A DNA stretch of 64,000 bases from Vitrella brassicaformis CCMP3155 (taxonomy: Eukaryota > Protista > Chromerida), in contig CDMY01000219.1 of assembly GCA_001179505.1 (NCBI GenBank), positions 99,155-163,154 of the forward strand, written 5' to 3'. The position numbers were made by a program, and so were the translations under genes. Of the stretch, positions 28,457 through 40,900 are shown piece after piece; positions within the stretch are counted from its first letter, which is position 1, and each line of letters starts with the position of its first letter. Under the pieces are notes generated by a model, which was not told the origin of the DNA, made no database searches, and was given only the letters and a program-made list of their open reading frames with translations.

Positions 28457-29176
28457 TCAAGAGCCGTAAGGCCAGCTAGCGACACATGACACTTCGCCAT
28501 TCCTTTCATTGCTGCTGGTTGCCTGTTGCACTGCTGCAGGGGCGTCGAAGGACAGCAACCGGGGGTCAGGTGCAGGGCAGCGGGCCATCAAGGCCGACAC
28601 CGAGTACGACGAGCCATCCGGCAGCGCCGCAGACGACTGCGGCCCCTCGCAAACAGATTGACCTGCAGACGGAAAGACACAGTTCTGTGCGTGTGTCTGT
28701 GGTGAGGGAGCCATCCGCCGTCTGTGTTGGCTGTGTTCGTGGGGTTTTGCTCAAGAGCATACTTGTCTGGTTCTTTGCTTTCGAGGCACCGTGTGTACCT
28801 GTGTGTCTCGGTGTGTCGGCGGGTTCATCGGCTGACGTACGGGCGTGGACCGCTTTCTGCTTAATTGAGTGACAAACCCAACCAACCTCCGTGAACGATC
28901 GAATGAACGCATGCAGTGACATGACATGCATGGCATGATGATCGAATGAACGTGTTCTTCAGTCTGTCTGCGTCCGCAGACATCACACATCACATGACAT
29001 GACACCAAGCCCTCCGTCTCTTTCCCTGTTTCTTTCCTTCTCTGTGTGCCGACGACAGGCACGGGAGGGACCCATTGCGATGCGCTCGCTGCCTGCGTGC
29101 ATTTCTCTCTATCTCTAGCTATCGCCCGGCTAACAAATCCATAGGCCACATCGACTCGTCGTGACAAATCGGACAT
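28457..29176 (-). CDS. Possible small gene; N-terminus weakly MIT-domain-like
   Basis: MSDLSRRVDVAYGFVSRAIARDREKCTQAA resembles the first helices of an MIT domain. There is a plausible downstream exon at 28457-28670, but the exon chain could not be assembled. Confidence 0.25.
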
Positions 29177-31312
29177 ACCCACCACCACCATCGGTCGAGA
29201 GAAAGGAAGAGACAGCAGGGAGAGACAGAGGAGACAGCAGGGAGAGACAGAGAGAGAGAGAGAGAGGGAGAGAGGGTGAGGGGTCGACAGCACACCACCA
29301 CACTCACTCAATAATGAAGTACGTACTGACGAATTTCAGTCTATCTGTCTGTTTCCTGATCTTGATGGTGTGTGTCCAATTAGGAAGGCCTCACCCCTCT
29401 AGAATACACGACAACCACGGACAAACAAACCGACGGACGGACGGACATCCGACACATGCATTCGCTCAGTGGCATGCAGGCACACACACACAGGTACAGG
29501 TATGAAGAGCAAACTCAACACCCCCACCCCCACCCACCCTCCCTCCCTCCCTCCCGCGTCACGCAAACACGCCCCACACAGACACGCATCATGAGAAATA
29601 TAAAGCCACAGAGATCACGACATCCATCAGAAAGCCTCCCTCCCTCCCTCTCTCCCTCCCTCCCTCCATGTATGCAGATCTCTCGCAGTCACGAGATGCA
29701 CACTCACACAACAAACAACATACACGCCCGCACAGCTTAGTCAGCCACGTTGATTGATGAAACACGGCCGCCCTCCTCCTTGTCTCCCACACAACAGACA
29801 GACAGACAGCATGCGACCCAATAAACTGGAGATCGAGGGGCGACCGACACGTCAGGTGACATCACCTCACATCACAACATCACGCCATCATCAATCACAT
29901 GTCACATGAAACTCAATCAACTCGCCGTCATGCAAAAATCGCATCGTTTGCAGCTGAGGCAGCAAGGTAAGCAGGCAGGCAGTCAGTGTGACTTTGTTTC
30001 ATTCAGTCGGAAAACCGAGCCGTCGAGAGCTCTTCTTGCGGACAGACAGACAGACGTACACATCCACACGAACACGGGCACACCTCACCCCATCCTCCCC
30101 CTCCCCCCTCTCTCCATATATCGATAAACCCACAGAAATCATGGTGGAAGGTGCATTATGCGACAGTGATAAATGGTCGTGTGTGTGGTGTGATCTGGTC
30201 TGGTGCGGTGGCAGGGAAAAGACAGGCAAAGGGGCAGGCAGGCCAGAAAAAGGGTGGGCGGGTTTCGTCGATCTTCACGCGGGGAAACACGACAACAGAC
30301 AGAGAGAGAGACAGACAGACAGAGAGAGAGGCCAGGCAGCCGGTCAGTCAGTCAATGTACACACATTCACAAGAGACAAGGAGAGGAGAAAAGCGAAACT
30401 GAGTGAGTGGACCTCATGTCGGCCGTGTTGTCGTCATCGCCCACATCGGCTTAAGATTTGCAGGCACCAGTCGACAGGTGCCTTTCAACCTCATGCCGGG
30501 GTGGGCCATGGCGACAGCACGACACACATCACGTCACGTCACGTCACGTCAGTCCATCGCAAGTGGTCGATCGATCAATCAATCCATCAATCAGCGTTAG
30601 GCATCGCTCCCACGTCTGCATCCCATGCACACACACACATACACACGGCATGCCGTCGCGTCATTCGAGACGGCACGTGCGAAAAAATAGCCAGGCGGCG
30701 AGCTGAGTTGCACGAACAGAGATGACGAACATCCATCCACACACACATTACATACATACATGAGCAGAGCAGATCTCTCGTTTCCTTCCCGCCCTGCAGG
30801 CCCCACTCCCACTCACTGTCTGTCTGATGTATGTATGGGTCTTCCTTCCTCTTCTCTGTGAGAAGGCTATCTGTCTGATACGCTCTCTCTCACTCTCAGC
30901 ACCCTCACTGACAGCCAGACACACAGAAAGATACCAATCTCCTTCCTCTCGACTGTGGTGGTTTCTTGTGTGCCACTGGTTGTGCGTTGGCGTTCGTGAG
31001 AGAGGGCAGTGACAGTTGCCGCCTGCAGTGGATCAACTGCAGGCAACAAGCTGCCACCGGCCGCACCCACGCCGACACACACACACACAACACAGACACG
31101 CGCACCCACAGATACAACGAATGGTACACAAAACCCTCTCGAGGGAAGGGAACCGAACACCAATTACTCACAAGAAGAGGCTGATGACACCGGTCGCTGG
31201 CTCAACACGACACACCAGCCCTCTAGCCCTCTCTCCCCTTCCCTCTCTCTACCTCTCTCTCTCTCTCTCTCTTTCAACATGCAAGCAACAACAAGCACAT
31301 CTCGTCACATGA

Positions 31313-33968
31313 TCACCTGTACTCGTCCTGCAGCAGCTCGTCCTCCTCGTCGAAGCCCCCCTCCTCCACCCGCTGAAACACCACAGGCGCGCTCCGCCCC
31401 TCGCTCATGATGATCGCCGGCAGCACAGCCGCGCCACCCTTGTCCACCGACGCCACCTCGAGCTCCATGTCCACCGGCGGCATGTACACCGCGCGGAAGC
31501 CCATCATCATGTCCTCGTGGCCATGGTGGCCGGGGTGGCCGCTGCCGTTGGCACCGTTCGAGCAGAATGGTGTGGGCGGGGGTGGGATGAAGGAGAGGTT
31601 GCTGGTGGTCGTGCTGTCGGTGAAGGGCGTCACGGGCGGCGACTGCACGGACCGAGCGGTGGCCGTGGTGCTCGTCGACGCCGGGCTGGCCAGCGCCAGA
31701 CCGACCGTCTTGTCGTCATCACTAGGGGCACCACTTCTGTTGTCCCGCTGGGCACGCAGCCTCTCCGCGTGGCTCGCACGGGGCGGCGAGGAGGCCGGCG
31801 GGAGGGCCCCCGCGCCCGTCCAGCCGTCCATCTCCGAGCGCCTCCTGAGCGGCAGCGAGAGGCCGGTGGGTGCTGAAGTGGTCTTGGCGGTGGATGGGGG
31901 AGGGGGGACGGCCTGAGTCTGGGGCTCACGCCGCTTGTGCGTGTCTGCTTGGTCGGTCGTGGTGGAGAGGGCCTGGTAGCTGAGCGAGAGGAGGCGCTTG
32001 CGGGCGGAGAGGGGGACGGGTGATGAGGGGAGGGGAGGGAAACGGGTGATCCTAAACACACAGACAGACAGCACATGAATGGATGGATGGATGGATGAAT
32101 CCTCCATGTCATCCTGATATTGTGTGTCTCCGTCTGTGCGTGGGCTTGTTACCAGGGGTGTTGCAGCGCCTCCTCTGCTGTGAGGCGCTCGTCGGGGTTG
32201 GGAGTCAGCAGACACGACAACAGATCCACAAACCTGGTAGACACACATACATACGTGGGTCGTGGGTCGCCCAGGACGTGTCTGTCCATGAGGTGCAGCC
32301 TCACTGGTCTGCGGGAGTGTCTGCTTCGATGTCAGGTGTCTCCAGCAGGAAGGGCAGCAGCGGTGGCGACGACGCGCACAACGAGTAGGCCGTGGGCGGC
32401 CTGCGGTGCCGCTGCAGCACCTTGTCCAGCAACGCCCGGATGCCGTGCTCCATCAGAAAACTGTTTAACAAGCACGCAATGCAATGCAACCACACAATCC
32501 ATTTGTGTGTGTTGTCTTGTCCATCCCGCCCCTCCCCTCCTCTCCGTCTGTCTGTCTGTTACCTGAAAGTCTTGTCGTGCTCCGTCGCCCTTTTCCAGGG
32601 GATGAATCCGATAGAGATGGCGAGGAGCACCACCCCGCACGCCCACACATCAGTGGGGCTCCCGCGGTACGCCCCACCCCCCAGCATCTCCGGCGCCCTG
32701 TAGGCCGACTTGCCCACCAGACCCCTCACGCGACGCTCCTCACCCTCGCCGTCCAGGCGCCATGTGGCGTCACCGAAGTCGATGAGCTTGAGCCGGCCCT
32801 CTGTGTCGAGCACCAGGTTCTCGAGCGAGATGTCTCGGTGGATGACGCCGGATTGGTGGAGGAAGGTGGCCCCTGCGAAGAGGTCGTGCGCGTATGTGCG
32901 GCAGACGTGCTCGGGGGGGAAGGACAGGGGAGGGGGTGGGGGAGGGGGNNNNNNNNNNNNNNNNNNNNNNNNNNNNNNNNNNNNNNNNNNNNNNNNNNNN
33001 NNNNNNNNNNNNNNNNNNNNNNNNNNNNNNNNNNNNNNNNNNNNNNNNNNNNNNNNNNNNNNNNNNNNNNNNNNNNNNNNNNNNNNNNNNNNNNNNNNNN
33101 NNNNNNNNNNNNNNNNNNNNNNNNNNNNNNNNNNNNNNNNNNNNNNNNNNNNNNNNNNNNNNNNNNNNNNNNNNNNNNNNNNNNNNNNNNNNNNNNNNNN
33201 NNNNNNNNNNNNNNNNNNNNNNNNNNNNNNNNNNNNNNNNNNNNNNNNGGTGGGGGTGGGGGGAGGGGGAGCAAGTCGGCGGCTGCTGCTGGTGGGCCGC
33301 ATTAATGGAGGCGTCCAGATTGCATGAGACGCCCTTTAGCAGGTCCGCTAGATCACCGCTCGCCTGAAAACACACACACAGGGAGAGGGAGGGAGAGAGC
33401 TTCATGCGAGTCTCTTTCTGTGTGGCGTAAGGTGTTATCTGCCGCCCTACCTTTCTTTCTGATTCCGCACACGACATGAGCCTGGATCTGCTGAAGACCT
33501 TGCTGTTCTTCCGCGAGCGGCAGCGCCCCAGCCGATCGCACTGCGTGTCATGCAGCTGAGCAAACAACTCACCCCGCTCGCAGAATTCCGTGCTGATATA
33601 CCTGTCAGCGCACCACACCCAAACAGCACACAACACACATGACACCATTGCACTACACATGCATGTGAATGTCCGTGTCTGTCGCTGACTGACTTGACTG
33701 ACCTGGATGTCCCCTGTGTGTCGGTGCCCACATCGAAGCACTGCACGATGCGATCCCGCCCTCCGCCGTCCCCGCATGGCCCACCCAACGATGACGCCGA
33801 GAGGTGGAGGTGGATGTCGGCCTCCAGGCTCTTGCCGGCGACCGCCACCTCCTTGACAACGCGGACGGTGTTGGTCGGCGTGTGCACCGTCAGCCAGCAC
33901 GTGGGCGTCAGGTGGTGGATCACTGTGTGATGCTCCCAGGGGAATAATGAGTGGGTGGTGTCCGCCAT
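31313..33968 (-). CDS. Ser/Thr protein kinase (CAMK-like, HRDISLEN type) with long Ser/Pro/Thr-rich tail; multi-exon, crosses a gap
   Basis: VRVVKE, YISTEFCERGELF, IHRDISLENLVL, LIDFG, GKSAYRAPE, DVWACGVVL and DLLSCLLTPNPDERLTAEEALQHPW. The stop at 31313 could instead be a splice donor. Confidence 0.88.
32949..33248. other. Scaffold gap (300 N) flanked by G-rich tracts
   Basis: Run of N. Confidence 1.
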
Positions 33969-34212
33969 CGATATATGGGTCTCACTCACGCACGACGTAG
34001 ATCACTGGTGGATTCGCCTTCATATCGCGTGTGTGTGTGTGTGTCGTGATCTCAGGAAATCCTATCTGTCGTTCGCCGATTCGTTCTCTAGCTCGCAAGA
34101 TGTGAACGCAGCCTAGGGTGCTCCCTGAAACCGCCGCGAAGAGGGACTGCGAGCTCGAGAGAGAGATCTTCGTCCCGTCTAGATCTGCCCACCAGGAAGC
34201 ACAGAAAGCAGG

Positions 34213-36082
34213 ATGGCCGAGGACTTCGACGTTGATACGTTCTTTGATTCGTATCTGGGTCGAGAGGATGTGCAGCGCGCCCTGAAGGTCGAGCAGGCGC
34301 TGGCGCACCACGAGGACACGGAGCAGCGGCAGCAGCGGCAGCTGGACGAGAAGGCCGTGCTGCGCGAGAGCCTCCGGGAGTGCGAGGGGGACGTCCGCGA
34401 GATCTTCAGGGAGATCGCCAAGACGGGGTTTGTGCACAGCGTCCTCTACCACGCTATCCTCGACTGCAAGCAACACGGTGAGCGGACCTGATTGCAGCCG
34501 CGAGGAAAGAGAGAGTGTGTGGATTGACTGACTTGTGTGCACTGCACGATTGTGTGTGTTTGTAATGGTATGGTTGCAGGCATCCCGTTCTCAGGAAAGG
34601 TCGAGGACGATGATGACTTCCTCGCACTCTTCGCCAAGATCGCCGACCAACAGCAGACAAAACCCGAAAACGGTGCGTGAACATTCACCCACCACACCAA
34701 CGATATATTCTCCCCCACCGTCCCCCATTCTCTCTCCTTCTGTGTGATTGGGTGTCTGATAATTCGATTCGATGCACCCACCGCACCCTCAGTGTCCTTT
34801 CTGGACACGTTGTGGACGGACGAGGTGCTGCAGCCCCGTCGGCAGTACGAGGAGGAGCAGACCAAACACATGGACCACCCGCCGCCACGCGAGGAGTGGG
34901 TCCCCGGCCTCTCCAAGGGCAAGCGCAAGCTCGACGCCGGCGAGATCAGGGGCCACCTGGAGCTGGCCGAGCGCATGAGGCAGGACGGCAACAAGGCCTT
35001 CAGGGAGGCCGACTATGAGATGGCCCTCACACGGTTCACACAGGTGGGTGGGTGGGTGTCTGGCTGGCTGCATGGGAGGAACAAGCCACACACCGAGGGA
35101 ATGGTGTGTGTGTGTATGGTGGATGGTGTTGCGGACAGGGCGTCAACACGCTCAACTGGATCGAGGGACTGAACCCCGGCGACACGCAGCTGCTGAATGA
35201 CCTGTTTCTGCTGCACCTCAAGAACCAGGCGCAGGCGGCCCTGATGTGCGACCACTGGAACGAGGCCATCGACGCGTCCAAGAAGGCGCAGCAGATCGAC
35301 CCTGACGACATGAAGGCCAAGTACAGGAAGGCCTTCGCTCTGCACATGCTGGGGAGGGTCAAGGAGGCCGCGGAGGACTACAAGGAGATCATACACAGGT
35401 GCGAGAGACGACACACACACACACACACACGATTTGCCTTCACTCATTCATTCATTCATTCATTCATTCATGTGTGTGTCTGTCTGTTTGAGCTGTGTCA
35501 GCCCTTATGCCGACCGGACGTCCATCATCGCCTCTCGTAAGGGTTTGGTGGACATCATGGCCACATACGAGAAGAACAAACGTGACATGACCGAAATCAT
35601 CGACCAGTCCGTCGACAAGGCACGCACCCACCACCCACCCGACACACCGCAACATCACCAAAGCAATTATACAGGGGCCTCTCCTCTTTGTCCTCTTCGT
35701 TTCATGCCTAACTGCAGAAGCTGTTCAGCGAGTCTCGTGAGGAGTCCGAGGCGCCCTCAGGTCCGCCCGAGGATTGGGAGAGCGAGTACATCAAGCGGCG
35801 CTTCCCGCGGCCTCAGTGGGCCGACAGTGACAGCGCCACACTGTCGACGGGGAGCTTCACTGATGCCGGAGAGACCATCCCTTCGCTGCCCAAAAAGGGC
35901 GGCAAAAAGGTGAGGCGGGCACACAGAGAGGGAGGGTGGGGCGCTCCGTCGATTCACGTGTGTGAGAGTGTGATTGTGCTGTTTGTGTAGGGTTTGCTGC
36001 AAGACGTGTCGCCGCCCAAGCTTGATCGTGAGCAGTGCCTCGAGATGCTGCAGGAACTCAGCGACATCTACCAGGTACCACC

Positions 36083-36120
<38 letters not shown>

Positions 36121-36871
36121 NNNNNNNNNNNNNNNNNNNNNNNNNNNNNNNNNNNNNNNNNNNNNNNNNNNNNNNNNNNNNNNNNNNNNNNNNNNNNNNN
36201 NNNNNNNNNNNNNNNNNNNNNNNNNNNNNNNNNNNNNNNNNNNNNNNNNNNNNNNNNNNNNNNNNNNNNNNNNNNNNNNNNNNNNNNNNNNNNNNNNNNN
36301 NNNNNNNNNNNNNNNNNNNNNNNNNNNNNNNNNNNNNNNNNNNNNNNNNNNNNNNNNNNNNNNNNNNNNNNNNNNNNNNNNNNNNNNNNNNNNNNNNNNN
36401 NNNNNNNNNNNNNNNNNNNNCTTCCCCCACCCGCCGCCCGCCGCCCGCCCCCTACACACAGCCAACCGTGCGTTGCCTTTTGTGCTCATCTATCCATCTG
36501 TCCATTCTTAATGCAGTCCGAAGAGTTTGAGCGTCGGCTGCGCTCGATCCGGAGCGAGGCTGACTTTGAGGAGCACCGCATCCTCAAGCGGCTCAAGAAG
36601 GTCCTCCCCGAGGTGCAGAAACCCGTCCTCGAGAAATTCGGATTCAATCATGAGAACCCCGAAGTCAACAGAAGGGTAGTCTGTTTACACACACAGAGAG
36701 AGAAAGAGAGATCTGCCATTCTCTCTCTCTCTCTCTCTCTGTGTGTGTCTGTGTTAGGCGATGGAGCGTTGTGTGTCCTATTGGCGTGTGCGTGACGGTG
36801 TGGGCGACCCCGAGATACAGACGGCGTCGAAGGGCATCATGGAGACCATCATGGGCGACTGCTGGGAGTAA
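34213..36871 (+). CDS. TPR-repeat protein with C-terminal helical domain (protein C10-like, tentative); multi-exon
   Basis: AERMRQDGNKAFREADYEMALTRFTQG, NQAQAALMCDHWNEAIDASKKAQQIDPDDMKAKYRKAFALHMLGRVKEAAEDY. The C-terminus reads LDREQCLEMLQELSDIYQSEEF...EVQKPVLEKFGF...IMETIMGDCWE*. Confidence 0.8.
36121..36420. other. Scaffold gap (300 N) after a poly-C tract, inside an intron
   Basis: Run of N preceded by more than 30 C. Confidence 1.
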
Positions 36872-37963
36872 ATGAGCAGCGGGCGATGGAGAGCCGAGGC
36901 GAAGACAGGGTGGCCACTGCTGGCTCGGGCGGGCAGACAGGCACGGCCGTGCTTGTTGTGTGGTGTGGTGGTGAGGCGTGCTGCCGCTTGGGTATTGTGA
37001 GTGAGTGTATTTATTGAAGCAAGGTGCAGGTAGCAATTAGCCTACATGGTGCTGAGCAGGCCATGGTGCAGATCAGGTGTGTCCATGTAGCCATGTCGGT
37101 GAAGGTGTAGGTGTAGGGGTGTGCAGGTAGATAGGTGTGTGCACTGACTGGTCCATCCATCCATCCAGCTGTGTGTGTCCCTGCCGCTCCAATATTGTTG
37201 CAGTCGGTGTAGGTCAGCGATTACGCCTTTCTCTCTCTGTGTGCGTGTGTGTGTGATGGATGTGTGTGACCTGCAATGTCTGCGCGGCATTCGCTTAATT
37301 TGATACACACAGGTAGAAGTTGTGATCCCTCCGACGCACGCACGCACACACACACACACACACGAGACACGACACACGAGTGAGCAGCCGCGCAGATCAA
37401 GAGACAGGCCAGCACTATGCGATACACACCCACGTGTGGTGTACTGTAGTGTACATCTAATTGGTGTCTCGGTCGTGAGACATCATCAAAAAACAGTCCT
37501 GCATCGCTCCTTCCCAGCAGAAAACGACACACCATACGCGCCTATGAGCAGACACACACACGCACACACACACATGGCCGATAAATTCTTACCAGCAGAC
37601 ACACACACGACCGCACTATATATAAAGCAGCAGTACAGAAATACCGATAATATGGATGACGAAAAACGACTCCGATCAAGCGAGGTAGGTGGACACGCAA
37701 ATGTCCATCGGTCTGTCTTTTCATTCACTCCTCCACTGACTGCGTGGGCAACGTGCATGCACAGACACGCATCAGGAAACCCCACCAGCATCCCCTCTGT
37801 AGACAAATAAGCACCAAGTAGAAAGCAGCTCTAGAGAGGAGGGGACAGGCACGCAGGCAGGCAGGGGCAGAGGGGATGTCTGTAAGAAAAAAACGTCAAA
37901 AAACTAAGTGAACAAACAGACAGCACACACACACACACACACAGACACCACACGGCCCCTTCA

Positions 37964-40900
37964 TCAGCCATCTGTCCTGTCTTCCCTGTCCCGCTTTGAG
38001 ATCCCCTTGAGCCCCTTGAGGAGCTCCTCAAGCACATCCGATACGCCGCCCTTCCCGCCACCATCACCAGAGCTGCTGCTGCTGCTGCTTCTGGATTGTG
38101 CCTTTTCCTCCCCCTCCCCCTCTCCACCCTCATCATCGCTTGGCGGCTCTGCCTCAGTGTCGACGGCTGTCGGGACTACTTCTTCTGGTACCACCCTCCC
38201 CTCCCTCCCCAAGCACCACCTCCTCGGCTCGTTGGGCACCCTCAACGTCCTCCAGTCCTCCATCGACATATCCCCAGCTGCTGCCTCAGCATAGATGTGG
38301 CATGGGTAGCTCTGGGGGTTTGCAAAGTCGTAGTCGATGGCCACGCAGGCGTCGTAGGCGAACCCGTCGCACGCCCAGGTGCATTCCTCCAAGGACATCG
38401 TGGCGGCGTCGTTGTAGTCCTCCGGGATGTGGCGGGAGTAGGAGGGCGTCTTGGATGAGGAGGGGGCGGGGTATGTCGAGAAGGAGCGGCAGTTGCCTGT
38501 GGCTAGCTCCACATAGCCTCCGGGCGGACCTGCCGACGGACACCGATCAACACAAGACAACACAACACGGGCAAATGGGAGATGTGGACGGATGCCCCCC
38601 CGTCTGGTCTGTCTGAGTACCATCTCGTGTGTACACTGCATCTCTGCATGAGGCCCTCTCCCGCGCCTCTTCGCTCTCCTTCTCCCCCACCTGCAAATCA
38701 CACCCGCCCTCCTCATCGACCGCAAAACCACCACACCCCTCGCCAGCAGTGGCAGTTGCCGGTGCGGACCGGCACTTGTCGGCGCACTGATCGATGGCTT
38801 TCCTCATGGCGTGTGGGGGGAGGGCCGACTTGGATGTGCTGCTGCCGGCTTCCTCGTCTGTGAAGCAGTCGGCTACATGTGGGGAGAAGCCGGGGGTGGG
38901 GGGCGAGCTTTCGGCGATGAGGGAGGGGTCGTAGTAGATCTGGAGGGGTCGAGCACAGGCATAGGTCGGTCGATTATCGAGACAGGTGGGGCGTGGTATG
39001 CAGTTGAGTTGACCTACCATGATGATCTTTCCGTCTGAGCCGTCGGCTTCCCCATCGGATGAAACGTACAAGCGGCCCTGATCGATCGACGGAGGCGTAG
39101 CCACACAGAAAGACACGAGACACACACCCGTCCATGTGTCTGTCTGTGGTGTCGGCATGTGCTGTGTCAGACCTCGCTGTCAAAGACCGGACTGACGGGC
39201 CGAATCCCCCAGTTATCATCACCTGCATGCGCAAAACACTCACACTGCACCCCTGCACATGTACAGTGGATCGGATCGTCACGCACCTCTCTTGCCAAAG
39301 AGGGTCAGCACTTCGTTTCTCTCTCTGACCTTGCCATCGTCCAGCAACACCCTGGTGACCTGATCAAGCAATCCATCACACCCATTGTGCGGCTGCAGCC
39401 CCCCCCCCCCCACACACACACGTACCTTCTTCCCAATCATTTGGTCGGTGTGCTCACAGCAGCTCCCGTGCTGTGCCAGGAAGGCATCGCCCCCGTACTC
39501 ACAGGGAAATCCGCCGTTGGCACTCTCCCCCGTCTCCTCACATCTCTGCCGCCACTTGTCGCTGCTCCTCTTGCCGCCCAGGAAGGCAATGCCGACGTGG
39601 CTGGCGTGCGCCTGCAAAGGCAGCTCGGGGGGCTGGTTGTTGGAGATGTTCCTGCACCACTCGTCGTCTAGGTCAGCGTTGATGTCCTCCCTGCCCGGCA
39701 CGGCCCATTGGGCGCTGTGCCCCTGCGTGATGTCGGGCGGGAGGCGGCCCTCTGTCCAGCAGCGGGGGTAGCCGAAGGACTTGCCCTCACGCGACTCATC
39801 GAGGAGGTTCATCTCCTCGGCGGGGTTCTCTGCATGGACGTGAGTGACACAAGAGGGGCAGACACAGCGAGGTGACTCAGAGGTGTGCTGAGGGTGTATG
39901 GGTGTGTGTGTTGGTGGGCACGTTTGCCGAACTCGTCGCCTCCGAGGTCTTTGGTGACGTTGGAGGGAATGTCGTCATCGTTCGTGTCGACGCCCCACAA
40001 ACGACCTGCAGAGATGCGACACACACATGGGATCAGGGAGGCTGGACACAGTTTCCATGTGCTCCCACTGGCTCACCCTTTTGGTCGAAGGCTAGGCCAA
40101 CGGAGTTGCGCAGGCCATGCTGATCCACCAATCACAGATCGTCACTCTGTGTGGGTGTGCCTTATGGGGCCTTATTGCTCACTCACCACGAACGCTTTGC
40201 CGTCTTCAGTCCAGTCCATAGTCTTGATCAGGGGATCAGTCACGTTGAGAAACCGCCGCACTTGCGCCCTGGATGAGTTTCTGTCGCCTGCACATACACA
40301 CACATCCATGGAGACCCTCAGGCATCATGCCCCTCCCTCCCTGCACCACTGTATGTCTGTTGCTCTCCGTACCAGGCCATGTAGGGTTGAGTGACCCAAT
40401 CGACACATACAGCCTGTTTTCATCGTCTACCATCAGAGTGCGCGTCTGAATCAACAAGCCACACACACACACACACACACACACAGCCACAATCACAGTC
40501 CACCTGTGAGACCGGCCCACCAGGTGTCCCTGTTTGGCCGCCCCACAGCCCCCTGCCTCGATGCCCTTGACCACCACCACTCGCTCTTTGTCGTCCACAG
40601 GAGACGTCTGACCCGGCTTGTACGGCCACCTGAAGTCGTGCGTCCATCGACATCAGGTGCTATGCTATGCAGGTCGACAGCCCGCGTGGCATGTGTGTGT
40701 GTGTGTGGACCTCATGATGTTGGTCGCATTGCTGGCGAGCAGGTAGCCGCCGCGGATGGCGAGGCCTGAATGGACGGCATGGTATGGCATGGCACCGATG
40801 GACGGTCGACGGGTGTGTGTGTGTGTGTGTGTGTGTGTGTACCATGGTTTAGTCTCAGCGAATCTCCCTCCCAGAGCACGAAGCGCTCATCCTGGTCGAT

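Noticed and set aside
29300-31300. Several 60-245 aa ORFs in the microsatellite-rich interval
   Set aside because: Their composition is dominated by HT/RQTD/ER repeats from microsatellites. The interval is probably UTR or intergenic.
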